The notes below the pieces were generated by a model. It was not told where the DNA came from. It saw nothing but the letters and a program-made list of their open reading frames with translations, and did no database searches. A DNA stretch of 33,606 bases from an uncultured Acetatifactor sp. (lineage in GTDB: Bacteria > Bacillota > Clostridia > Lachnospirales > Lachnospiraceae), in the NCBI GenBank assembly GCA_964582515.1, contig CAZOSU010000001.1:1-33606 (forward strand), read 5' to 3'. A program made the translations under genes and the position numbers. Numbering within the stretch: position 1 is the first letter of the stretch; each line of letters starts with the position of its first letter. Of the stretch, positions 17,886 through 27,110 are shown one piece after another.

Positions 17886-19568
17886 ATGAAACAACAATTG
17901 AAAAGATCCATATCCCTGCTGCTTGCGTTGCTTCTGTGCGTGGGCCTTTCCGCGTTCCCGGTTTCCGCCGAGGAGACGGCAGGGGAGTGCGGCGAAAATT
18001 TAAAATGGTCGCTGCAAAACGGTGTGCTGACCATCTCCGGTAAAGGCGCAATGACAGACTATAAGGAGCGGGACTATGCCCCCTGGTACGAAAACCGGGA
18101 CCAGATCCAGCGCGTTGTCATTGAAAAGGGCGTTACCTCCATCGGCAATATGGCCTTTTATCAGTGCGATAAGTTGGTGGTGGCCTCTGTGCCGGATTCC
18201 GTTACCGTTTTTGGCGACCTCGCCTTTGCGGAATGCGAATCTCTGGTACAGCTGACCATGGCTGGCGTGGAGTCCATCGGCTGGGCCTGCTTCTATGAAT
18301 GTGAGTCCTTGATCAATGTTGTTCTGCCGGAGAGCCTGCGTGTCATCGGCGATCAGGCTTTCTACTGTTGCAGAAGTCTGGCAGGAATCACGATTCCGTC
18401 CGGTGTAGAAAAATTTGGTAATAGTGTTTTCTGCTATTGCGACAGTTTGGTGTACGTCAATATTTTGGCGCCGATCACGGTGTTGCCGTATTGGACCTTC
18501 TATGGCTGCGATCTGCTGTGGGAAGTGTATCTGCCGGATACGGTCAACACTGTGGAAGATAATGCCTTGGCACAGTGTCCTTCGCTGTACTATGTGGAAT
18601 ACACCGGCTCTGATGAAGTGCAGCGGGAGATCCAGGAGCAACTGGACCAGAAGGATCCTCCGACTGAATTGCCGGATACGGATACCGATGTTACCTATAC
18701 TCAGACGGAAGGCGCTGTGATTACCACAACGACCACCACGCCCAATATGGGAACACAGCAGGATGACGATAGCTACGGAACCACGATCGATGCGACTGTA
18801 ACAGCTCCGTCGGGGTGGGAAGATGTGGCGCAAAGCGTAACAGATGTCATCAACAGCGGTGATACACCCAAAGTGAATGTTCAGGTGCAGGGTGATGTCG
18901 AGATCCCGGACAGCGCGTTGGCAGTTTTGGCCAATAGAAATGTGACAGTCAACATTCACACCTCTGATAATGTTGATTGGAAAGTTATTCTACAGGATCA
19001 ATCTGCGGATACGCTGAAGGGGAGTCAGAATTTAGGTCTGACTCTAAAAAAGTTCGATTCCAATCGGTACGAGGATATTCTGGGCGGTGCGGAGAGCTAC
19101 CTTGTCACCCTCAGCGGGACCAGCCTGAATTCTACGCTGCTGATCCCCTTGGGACAACAGGCGTCACGGAAAGTTGCGACGTTGTACGCCGTCAGCGGCA
19201 GGAAACTCAATAAACTCAGCAGTGTGCTGGTCGATGATGACGGCAAGGCCGCCTTCTGTTTGGCAGGAACCCCGGCGGGCGACTACATTATGGCCCTGAA
19301 TGTGCCGAATATCGACAATCAGGAAGTGCTTGTTCCTGAGAAACTGGCGCCTCAGTTTGATATCACTTACGGCGCGACGCTGACCGATGCTCAGGGCAAC
19401 CAATATGTGCTGACAGGCCGGGTCAATAAGCTGGGTTTTGGCATTGGTACCCTGACCTGGATCATTGTGGGTGTGCTGGTTGGATCTGTTGTTCTGGTCG
19501 GCGCTGTTATGGTGATCTGGAACAAACAGCAGCAAAAAATGTACAGGCAGAGAAGAAAATCCAAATAA
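17886..19568 (+). CDS. BspA-type leucine-rich-repeat (LRR_5) surface protein with C-terminal membrane anchor
   Basis: Sec signal; GECGENLKWSL...LTISGKGAM...APW cap; repeats such as IEKGVTSIGNMAFYQCDKL and LPESLRVIGDQAFYCCRSL; C-terminal TM with basic tail. Confidence 0.9.
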   Translation: MKQQLKRSISLLLALLLCVGLSAFPVSAEETAGECGENLKWSLQNGVLTISGKGAMTDYKERDYAPWYENRDQIQRVVIEKGVTSIGNMAFYQCDKLVVASVPDSVTVFGDLAFAECESLVQLTMAGVESIGWACFYECESLINVVLPESLRVIGDQAFYCCRSLAGITIPSGVEKFGNSVFCYCDSLVYVNILAPITVLPYWTFYGCDLLWEVYLPDTVNTVEDNALAQCPSLYYVEYTGSDEVQREIQEQLDQKDPPTELPDTDTDVTYTQTEGAVITTTTTTPNMGTQQDDDSYGTTIDATVTAPSGWEDVAQSVTDVINSGDTPKVNVQVQGDVEIPDSALAVLANRNVTVNIHTSDNVDWKVILQDQSADTLKGSQNLGLTLKKFDSNRYEDILGGAESYLVTLSGTSLNSTLLIPLGQQASRKVATLYAVSGRKLNKLSSVLVDDDGKAAFCLAGTPAGDYIMALNVPNIDNQEVLVPEKLAPQFDITYGATLTDAQGNQYVLTGRVNKLGFGIGTLTWIIVGVLVGSVVLVGAVMVIWNKQQQKMYRQRRKSK

Positions 19569-19618
19569 ATCCAAATTTTCGGGCAGAATTATTCTTGCCG
19601 GTGATTAAGTAAATTTTG

Positions 19619-19688
19619 GCTCCGTTTCTCGATGGTTTTTTGTTCATAATTCTGCAAATTATGGATTGACAGCATCAGGAAACGGAGC
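19619..19688. repeat. Inverted repeat (14/16) enclosing the -35 box, with an internal palindrome
   Basis: gctccgtttctcgatg (19619-19634) vs catcaggaaacggagc (19673-19688); inner cataatt-ctgca-aattatg (19645-19663). Confidence 0.7.
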
Positions 19689-19694
19689 TATAAT
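19666..19694 (+). promoter_or_regulatory. Consensus sigma-A/sigma-70 promoter
   Basis: TTGACA (19666-19671), 17-bp spacer, TATAAT (19689-19694), about 60 bp upstream of the large CDS. Confidence 0.85.
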
Positions 19695-19753
19695 GTATAT
19701 GTTAAATTAGAATATCATGGCCAAAATGTGATATTCATAGGAGGATGACTGAT

Positions 19754-22700
19754 TTGAACATTGGAAACCTTATCAAAAAGTGCATTTCCCTGGTCATGGT
19801 CATTGCTGTCTTAATGGGCCTTTCTGCGCCTGCTTCTGCAGCCACCGCTGAGGTTCTTAGCGACAGTTCGATTGGCTATGTTGCTTTGGGCGATGCCATC
19901 ACTGCTGGTCTCGGCTTGTACGAAGACGATACCCGCTACTATGAGATCGTTGCCGATTATCTGGGTACCGATTTCATTCAGAAGAGCGGCAAGCTGTGGC
20001 GCGTTGAAGAACTGCGCTACCTGCTTGACGACGACTACGAAGGCGACGGATATACCGATTCTATTTCCGGCCTCGGCGCGCTGAAGAAGTCTGGCGAAGT
20101 AAAGGACTACGTGAAGAATGCTGATGTCGTTTCTGTCCAGATCGGCGTTAACAACTTTGCTACTTACTTCGTGAAGCAGCTGATGAACTATCTGGATCCT
20201 ACGAAGACTCCTTACGCGTATGATTTCGATCAAATCGCTGAGGAACTGTTCGATAGCCAGGATAAGTTCACTCCTGAGGAGATAACCAGCGCTGTCGGCA
20301 CTGTCCGTGAAGCAGTCATGGAGCAGCTGCTGGCCGCCGCCCCCGATGAGGGCGACATCGCTCTTGAATTCATAGAGTACGCTGTTGAGGTCGCGACTTA
20401 CGCTCTGCTGAGCTATGTTACTTCCTTCAATGGTATGGTTAACGCTATCTATGAGTTGAATCCTGATGTCGAACTGTACGTCATTGGTATCTACAATCCC
20501 GCTGCCGGTGAGGTTCTGACCTATAAGACAGAAGATCACATTGTCTCTGGCACGCTGATTGAGGGTCAGGAGATCGAGATCCCTGTTGGTGATGCCATCG
20601 GTGCCGTTATCGAACTGGCTAACTCCTATGCTCAGATCCTGGCTCCCCGTGCATACAACTATACTTATGTCGATCCCGGCACGCCCATCAAGCTGATCGA
20701 CAAGATGGCTGACAAGACTCTGCCTCTGGATGAGAGAATTCCTGTTGCTGTCAAGAACGCCCTGCTGGACGCTTCCGAGAATACTGCGGTTACTCTGATT
20801 CAGGAGCTGTTTGCTGAGTACGGCATCGAGAAGACCTACAAAGAGGCTCTGGAGATCGCTCAGGAGATCGTCAACTGCAAGACCGACGTCCTGCGGGATG
20901 AGTATATCATGACTACCGTCAATGATCTGGTTGTGGAAGAGGCTGTTAAGCTCTTCCATGAGAAGATGAAGGAATATATCGGTGACTTTGGCACCGTTCC
21001 TGTTACCGATCAGCAGATTGCAGATCTTCTTGCAGATCTAACCGATGCCCGTGATAATGGTGAAGATGAGAGGGCCATCGCTCAGGCATTTGTCGATGAT
21101 CTGGTTACGGATCCTGATGTCATCAAGATGGCTGCTGCCAATAAGATCTATGATTACGTTGTTGAGTACGGCCTGTCTGATTTTGTTACTGTTGAGAACG
21201 TTGCTGATCTGATGGCTGTTCTTGATGATCCCGACGATGACGATGATGCCACCAATGATACCGCTAACCGTAGAGCTGCTGTCCATGCCTGGATGAACGA
21301 GCTGGCTGTTAGCTTCATCGTTGAGTACGTTACTGCCTATAATACCGCGTATACTGCAAAGATGGCTCAGGATATGTTGGCCGAAATGGAATCCAAGTCT
21401 TCTGATGCTGAAAAGAAGCAGGTTGCAATCGATACTCTGGCAGAGGATGCATTTGCTCCGGTTGTCAAGGCTAAGTTTGAAGATAAGGGTTATGCGCTGC
21501 AGGGTTACAGCGGTGACTATGTTGCGTTTACTAAGGCTGTCTTCAATGATTCTGGCATGAGCGTTTTCCGTACTGAGCTGAATGCTGCCGCTGCTGCCAA
21601 GTATGCGGATGAATTTGCAGGTGGCGACGCTACTTTCGCAGCTGAGCTTGTTGGTATGCTGAATGCCCTGCAGGATGTACCTGCATCCGGTCGCAGTGCT
21701 GCCTTTGATAGTTGGGTAAGTACAATTACTTCGGGCAATGAGAGTGTATACAAGTTCCTGAAGACCAGCCTGCTGGATTTATATGAAACTGAGTACCTTC
21801 CCGCTGCCACTGCTGTCGAAAACACTTTTGCTGCATATAAAACCGGTGTTGACAAGGCGGTTGACTCCCTGACTCAGTACGTTTCCATGAAAGACTCTGT
21901 TGCTGAGACTATTCTGAGCGAGTATGAGGCTGCCCTGGAAGCTAATAACGGCAACCCTCTGTTTGGCGACTATGGCTACGTTGCTGATCCTGCTGTTGTT
22001 GATAAGGCTGTCGATGGTATTATGGAAGGCTTCGATATGTACTATCACGCCATTGAGCAGTGCTACAATAGCTGCGACGCTCTGACTGAAAAGTTCGACA
22101 AGGTCTTTGAGATGCTGGCTAAGATCGCTGAGGTCGAGGAAATCTGCCTGAATGACCTTCTGGCTGTTGCTAAGAAGTACGCTGTCAATGGCACTAGCTA
22201 TGTTGAAAGCATGATCGGCAACCTGATGCAGGGCGACTCTCTGGCAAATGCTGATACCACTGTTGCTTATCTGGCGCTTGCATATTACTTTGGCGACGGT
22301 ATGCTACACCTGCCAAGCGAGGAAGGCCATGCTATCGTGGCCCAACAGATCATCAAGGGCATCAAGGGCGAGCCCACCAACAGCACCGCTGGCTGGCTGG
22401 CCAACCTGGTCATTGATAAGCTGATCGACATTTATCATATGCCTGCTTCCGCTTCTGGTCAGGCTACTCCTCTGGTCAACCCCGACAGCTACGCTGCTTT
22501 CGGTGACAACATCACCTTGGGCTCCGGCACTGCTGTTGGCGCTGATGAGACCTATGTTAAGCTGCTGGCTGAGGCTCTGGCAATGTGCGATTGCGAGGAT
22601 GCAGCCCATGAGGATTGCTGCATTGATGATGTCGTGCTGAATCTGTCTCTGGGCGGTATGCGTACCGAGGAACTGCTGGCTATCGTTGACGGCAGCTACA

Positions 22701-25700
22701 CCGGCGACGCATACACCGATGCAAGATTTGACATTGCTGCCTTGCGTGAGCAGTATCTGACTCAGGTCGGCAAGCTGGATCTGGTCACCATCAATGTTGG
22801 TATCAACAATCTGGTCACCTATCCTCTGACTCAGTCCCTGCTGGCCTACAATGGCGAGACTCCTTACGAGATGGATTGGGAGCGCTATCTTGGCGAAACC
22901 ATTACCAATAAGCTCACCAGCGGCAAGGACGCTGTTATGGCTCTGCTGATGCACATCGTCCATGACGATTCTACCTGCGAGACTACTCTGAACACCGTTG
23001 CCACCGCTGTTGAGGCTATTGCCTACAGCCTGGTCGGCTACGTTGTCAATCTGGACTGCGCCGTTGAGGAAATCTATAACGATAACCCCAACGCTACTAT
23101 CGTCATGACCGAGTTCTACAACCCCCTGCTGGATACTTACTTCACCACTCCCGAGACCATCACCCTGAAGAACGTTCTGACCGGTGGTGAGAAGTCTGTT
23201 GAGCTGAAGTCCTACAATATCGATGTTTCCCTGATCGCTGACAGTATGGTGAATCTGGCGAACCGCTTCCTGACCGGTTACATCGGCTACTATCAGGATG
23301 GCGTTGTCGCCCGTGGCGAGAACAGCCGGATCGTGACTGTCGCTATCAATGAGACTCCTCTGGATATCGATGACAGCGTCAGCAAGGATCTTGCTGATCT
23401 GGTTGAAGTGACCACCATCAATGTCCTGAACCGCGATGTTACCATCAAGGTTCCCGCATACCTGAAGGAAGCTGTTGCTACCGGCGGTGTCGCTCTGCAT
23501 CCCAGCGCTGAAGGCCACCAGTACATCTGCGACCAGATCCTGAATGCTCTGGAGTATGAGATCACGCCCGATATTCTTGTTGACGGCGCCGAGAAGTATT
23601 ACGGCGATGAGGATCCTGCCTTTGAGTACCACTGGCACAATGTTTCCAGCCTGATCAATCTGGATGAGTATTCTGTTGTGATTTCTCATAACGGTCACAA
23701 TGTTGACAACTGGAAGGAATATGTCGGCGTTTATGACCTGACGATCACCGCTACCCACAAGACTACTGGCGAGGTCGTGAAGTATAACCTGTGCGATCTG
23801 GACGAACATTTCAAGGGTATGTTCCATATTAATGCCCGTCCTATCACCATTGATGTGTATGCTAACGGCGAGACCAGCGTCGACCTGTTGGTTGGCGACA
23901 CCATGCCTGAGTTCAGCTACAAGGTTACTGACTACAAGGGTAACGATATCACCGATAAGGTGTCCGTGACCGTTGATTCCTCCAGCGTCAACATGAATGC
24001 TGAGGGCGAGTACACTGTTACCGCAACGGTTTCTGACAAGAACTACAAGGTCGAGGATGTTAACAACGCTACTGTTAAGGTGACTGAAGATGAGCCTGAG
24101 AAGATTCAGATCGTTATCGATGTGAACAGTGAGAACATGGTCGCCATGAACAAGCTGCCTGAATTCAGCGCAACTGTTACCGGCACTGATGCATCTCTGG
24201 ATCTTGAATTTGTTGTTGTCGATGCTGATGGCAATGTGGTGACTAAGGTTGAAGAGGCCGGCGAGTATTATATCACAGTTTCTCAGGACTGCCTTGATGC
24301 ACTCTCCGAGACCTATATCGTGACTGTCAATGACGGCATTCTGACTGTTAGTGACTATGTCTGCTGGAACACCCGTACCGGCGTTTACTACCAGATCGTC
24401 CATCTGGCTGCGCTGGAGGCTCAGGAGGGTGATACTGTCCAGATGCTGAAGGACTCCGACCAGACCGCGCTGACCGATGTCTACCACTACGCCGGCTCCG
24501 TGAACCTGATCAACGGCATCACTCTGGATCTGCAGTGGCATACCTTGACACTGGACTCTCTGGTTGCTTCTGCTGGCAACTATGTTACCGCAGACTATGA
24601 GACAAGCAAGGGCGTTGGTGGCAGATTGGTCGTTCCTGCTGAGAACTTTGTCGTTGCTGAGGCTCTCAACAGTAAGGATATCCGCTATGACTTGCCCGTT
24701 TGGGTTGAAGAAGAAGGTTGCTATGTCTTTGGTCAAATCGGTATCATTGATAATAAGGGCGACCGTAAGCTGACTGTTGATCTGGACAAGGATGAGCTGT
24801 ACTTCCAGTTCAATCACGGCGCTACGACCTACATCAACCAGACCTTCCTTAAGGATGGTGCTGATGACAACAGACTGTCTGTAGAAGTATACATGCAGTG
24901 GGAAACTGAAGATGGCATTGCTTACCAGACTTATGTATATAACCCTGATCTGGTCGGTACTGCAACCGGTGCATACGACTACACATTTACTTTAAAGGGT
25001 ATCTCTGCGCTTGAACTTGATGCTGAACAGCTGAGCACACTGACTGTCACTGCGAAATTTATCGCTGATTGTGGTGCAACTGCTTATGGTAGTGTTTTTG
25101 GAGCTGACGGAGTTATCGAGAGCACTGTTACTGGTGGTTCTACTGAGAATGTTAAGTATGAATTTGTCTCTTCTGAAGGCTACGTCTGTGAAAATCTTCG
25201 CACGGGTAAGCAGTATGCGATTGTCCATGAAGCTGTTTTGGAGGCTGAACCTGATGATGTGATTGTCATGATTGCTGATTCTGACCAGACCCTGTTGACT
25301 TCTGTGTGCCCCAGTGCTGGTATGGTCAGTCTCATTAATGGTGTGACATTGGATCTTCAAAGCTATGTTCTGAAACTTGATTTCTTGTTTGTTGCGGAGG
25401 GTAACTACATCACCGCTGACTATGAGACAGGCAAGAATGCCGGTGGCAGATTGGTCGTTCCTGCTGAGAACTTTGTCGTTGCTGAGGCTCTCAACAGTAA
25501 GGATATCCGCTATGACTTGCCCGTTTGGGTTGAAGAAGAAGGTTGCTATGTCTTTGGTCAAATCGGTATCATTGATAATAAGGGCGACCGTAAGCTGACT
25601 GTTGATCTGGACAAGGATGAGCTGTACTTCCAGTTCAATCACGGCGCTACGACCTACATCAACCAGACCTTCCTTAAGGATGGTGCTGATGACAACAGAC

Positions 25701-25933
25701 TGTCTGTAGAAGTATACATGCAGTGGGAAACTGAAGATGGCATTGCTTACCAGACTTATGTATATAACCCTGATCTGGTCGGTACTGCAACCGGTGCATA
25801 CGACTACACATTTACTTTAAAGGGTATCTCTGCGCTTGAACTTGATGCTGAACAGCTGAGCACACTGACTGTCACTGCGAAATTTATCGCTGATTGTGGT
25901 GCTATTGCTTACGGTACTGAGTTTACCGCGTAA
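19754..25933 (+). CDS. Very large secreted protein: two SGNH/GDSL-like domains lacking catalytic Ser, MBG/Ig-like stalk, duplicated C-terminal domain
   Basis: AGGAGG (19739-19744) is spaced for in-frame TTG 19754, while ATG 19745 abuts the RBS. Sec signal ends APASA. Domain 1: YVALGDAITAG / IGVNN / HLPSEEGH. Domain 2: YAAFGDNITLG / VGINN / LHPSAEGH. KYYGDEDPAF is MBG-like. Confidence 0.85.
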   Translation: MNIGNLIKKCISLVMVIAVLMGLSAPASAATAEVLSDSSIGYVALGDAITAGLGLYEDDTRYYEIVADYLGTDFIQKSGKLWRVEELRYLLDDDYEGDGYTDSISGLGALKKSGEVKDYVKNADVVSVQIGVNNFATYFVKQLMNYLDPTKTPYAYDFDQIAEELFDSQDKFTPEEITSAVGTVREAVMEQLLAAAPDEGDIALEFIEYAVEVATYALLSYVTSFNGMVNAIYELNPDVELYVIGIYNPAAGEVLTYKTEDHIVSGTLIEGQEIEIPVGDAIGAVIELANSYAQILAPRAYNYTYVDPGTPIKLIDKMADKTLPLDERIPVAVKNALLDASENTAVTLIQELFAEYGIEKTYKEALEIAQEIVNCKTDVLRDEYIMTTVNDLVVEEAVKLFHEKMKEYIGDFGTVPVTDQQIADLLADLTDARDNGEDERAIAQAFVDDLVTDPDVIKMAAANKIYDYVVEYGLSDFVTVENVADLMAVLDDPDDDDDATNDTANRRAAVHAWMNELAVSFIVEYVTAYNTAYTAKMAQDMLAEMESKSSDAEKKQVAIDTLAEDAFAPVVKAKFEDKGYALQGYSGDYVAFTKAVFNDSGMSVFRTELNAAAAAKYADEFAGGDATFAAELVGMLNALQDVPASGRSAAFDSWVSTITSGNESVYKFLKTSLLDLYETEYLPAATAVENTFAAYKTGVDKAVDSLTQYVSMKDSVAETILSEYEAALEANNGNPLFGDYGYVADPAVVDKAVDGIMEGFDMYYHAIEQCYNSCDALTEKFDKVFEMLAKIAEVEEICLNDLLAVAKKYAVNGTSYVESMIGNLMQGDSLANADTTVAYLALAYYFGDGMLHLPSEEGHAIVAQQIIKGIKGEPTNSTAGWLANLVIDKLIDIYHMPASASGQATPLVNPDSYAAFGDNITLGSGTAVGADETYVKLLAEALAMCDCEDAAHEDCCIDDVVLNLSLGGMRTEELLAIVDGSYTGDAYTDARFDIAALREQYLTQVGKLDLVTINVGINNLVTYPLTQSLLAYNGETPYEMDWERYLGETITNKLTSGKDAVMALLMHIVHDDSTCETTLNTVATAVEAIAYSLVGYVVNLDCAVEEIYNDNPNATIVMTEFYNPLLDTYFTTPETITLKNVLTGGEKSVELKSYNIDVSLIADSMVNLANRFLTGYIGYYQDGVVARGENSRIVTVAINETPLDIDDSVSKDLADLVEVTTINVLNRDVTIKVPAYLKEAVATGGVALHPSAEGHQYICDQILNALEYEITPDILVDGAEKYYGDEDPAFEYHWHNVSSLINLDEYSVVISHNGHNVDNWKEYVGVYDLTITATHKTTGEVVKYNLCDLDEHFKGMFHINARPITIDVYANGETSVDLLVGDTMPEFSYKVTDYKGNDITDKVSVTVDSSSVNMNAEGEYTVTATVSDKNYKVEDVNNATVKVTEDEPEKIQIVIDVNSENMVAMNKLPEFSATVTGTDASLDLEFVVVDADGNVVTKVEEAGEYYITVSQDCLDALSETYIVTVNDGILTVSDYVCWNTRTGVYYQIVHLAALEAQEGDTVQMLKDSDQTALTDVYHYAGSVNLINGITLDLQWHTLTLDSLVASAGNYVTADYETSKGVGGRLVVPAENFVVAEALNSKDIRYDLPVWVEEEGCYVFGQIGIIDNKGDRKLTVDLDKDELYFQFNHGATTYINQTFLKDGADDNRLSVEVYMQWETEDGIAYQTYVYNPDLVGTATGAYDYTFTLKGISALELDAEQLSTLTVTAKFIADCGATAYGSVFGADGVIESTVTGGSTENVKYEFVSSEGYVCENLRTGKQYAIVHEAVLEAEPDDVIVMIADSDQTLLTSVCPSAGMVSLINGVTLDLQSYVLKLDFLFVAEGNYITADYETGKNAGGRLVVPAENFVVAEALNSKDIRYDLPVWVEEEGCYVFGQIGIIDNKGDRKLTVDLDKDELYFQFNHGATTYINQTFLKDGADDNRLSVEVYMQWETEDGIAYQTYVYNPDLVGTATGAYDYTFTLKGISALELDAEQLSTLTVTAKFIADCGAIAYGTEFTA
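24617..25902 (+). repeat. Exact 461-bp direct repeat (24617-25077 and 25442-25902) within an 825-bp-period duplication
   Basis: Both copies read identically from ggtggcagattggtcgttcc to gattgtggtgc; offset 825 bp (275 codons). Confidence 0.92.
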
Positions 25934-25965
25934 ATTGGTACAATTCTTTGGAAAGGAGAATTACA

Positions 25966-26067
25966 ATGAAGGAATACATCAAGCCTGAAATCGACGAAGT
26001 GCGGTTTGCTTCTGAGATTATTGCTGATCTCGGCAACACCAGTGGTGAAGACGACGGCCAATGGTAA
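25966..26067 (+). CDS. Putative RiPP precursor peptide, 33 aa: MKEYIKPEIDEVRFASEIIADLGNTSGEDDGQW
   Basis: Not in the ORF track. Strong RBS GAAAGGAG (25951-25958), ATG 25966, TAA 26065-26067. Carries a YxxPxI motif like RRE-binding leaders and lies directly upstream of the kinase, PqqD, peptidase and ABC genes. Confidence 0.8.
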   Translation: MKEYIKPEIDEVRFASEIIADLGNTSGEDDGQW

Positions 26068-26077
26068 CATCACTAGT

Positions 26078-26785
26078 ATGTTTTGTAAAATCGCTGATTT
26101 AGTGACGGAGGTTCCGGCGGTGGGGGACTTGGTCTCCCGCTGCTCGGAATACCTCTGTGACGGAGATGCCGGTGCGGATATTGTTATCCGCACCGAATCT
26201 TTCCGTCCTGATTCATGGAAAGGCTTATCCGGCGACAGCTATATTTACTGTGAATCCGGAAGTCATTTCCTCTTTCAATTGCTGAGATTTAACGGTCTAA
26301 TGCTTCACGCCTCTGCTGTAGAGCTGGATGGCAAGGCCTATCTGTTTTCTGCTCCCAGCGGAACCGGAAAGTCCACCCATACACGGTTGTGGCAATCCGT
26401 GTTCGGCGATAAAGCCCGTGTCTTTAATGATGATAAGCCTCCATTGCGATTCATTGACGGTGTCTGGTATGCCTATGGTTCGCCGTGGTGCGGCAAGGAT
26501 GGCATCAACATCAACATGAAGGCACCTGTTGCCGGCATCTGTTTCCTGAAGCAGGGACCGGAGAACCGGATCCGTCGGCTGGATAAGGTGGAGGCAGCCC
26601 AGAATATTATCTGGCAGACCATGCACCGTTTTAAACTGGTCGAGAATTTGGATCTTATGCTTTCTCATGTTGAGAAGCTTGTAGAGCATATTCCTGTTTT
26701 TGAACTGGAAAACCGGCCTGAACCGGAAGCGGCTCTGCTGAGTTACAATACTATGCGACAAGCAGCCGAGGAGAGTGGACTATGA
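26078..26785 (+). CDS. HPr-kinase-like P-loop kinase (RiPP-cassette type)
   Basis: In-frame ATG 26078 just after the precursor stop; LMLHASAVELDGKAYLFSAPSGTGKSTH (Walker A), VFNDDKP, YGSPWCGK. Confidence 0.8.
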   Translation: MFCKIADLVTEVPAVGDLVSRCSEYLCDGDAGADIVIRTESFRPDSWKGLSGDSYIYCESGSHFLFQLLRFNGLMLHASAVELDGKAYLFSAPSGTGKSTHTRLWQSVFGDKARVFNDDKPPLRFIDGVWYAYGSPWCGKDGININMKAPVAGICFLKQGPENRIRRLDKVEAAQNIIWQTMHRFKLVENLDLMLSHVEKLVEHIPVFELENRPEPEAALLSYNTMRQAAEESGL

Positions 26786-27048
26786 AGATTAAAAGTGATT
26801 TCGTTCTTCGGCAGGTCGCCGGTGCCAATGTGGTACTCCCTTTGGGTGCTGCCACAGTGGATTTCAACGGCCTTTTGAAGCTGAATGAATCCAGCGTGCT
26901 CCTTTGGAAGGCACTGGAAAATGGCTGTGATCTGGACGGCCTTGTCACTGTGCTGACCAGCGAGTATGATGTGGATTCCGCAACGGCCCGTAAGGATATC
27001 GAGGGTTTTCTTGCGCAGCTGGACAAGATTGGCTGTCTTGAAGCGTGA
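26782..27048 (+). CDS. PqqD-family protein / RiPP recognition element (RRE)
   Basis: 88 aa; FVLRQVAG...LNESSVLLWKAL...LTSEYDVDSATARKDIEGFLAQLDKIGCL is a typical PqqD pattern; ATGA overlap with the kinase gene. Confidence 0.9.
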   Translation: MKIKSDFVLRQVAGANVVLPLGAATVDFNGLLKLNESSVLLWKALENGCDLDGLVTVLTSEYDVDSATARKDIEGFLAQLDKIGCLEA

Positions 27049-27052
27049 ATGA

Positions 27053-27077
27053 TGGGGTGCCGCTGCTCGGCACCCCA
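27053..27077 (+). promoter_or_regulatory. Intergenic stem-loop after PqqD gene
   Basis: tggggtgccg-ctgct-cggcacccca, perfect 10-bp stem; no real U-tract. Confidence 0.5.
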
Positions 27078-27110
27078 ATTCTGCGTATTTGTGTATGAAG
27101 GAGATTTCCT

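Noticed and set aside
22304..25642. 837-aa and 216-aa minus-strand ORFs with identical N-termini
   Set aside because: Antisense shadows of the large SGNH gene; the identity simply reflects the 461-bp repeat.
24617..25902. Repeat pair as a diversity-generating retroelement TR/VR
   Set aside because: The copies are identical with no adenine-specific mismatches, both are in-frame coding, and no reverse transcriptase is present.
26006..26077. N-terminal extension of the kinase ORF in the ORF track
   Set aside because: It overlaps the precursor peptide ORF, which has the strong RBS; ATG 26078 is the more plausible kinase start.
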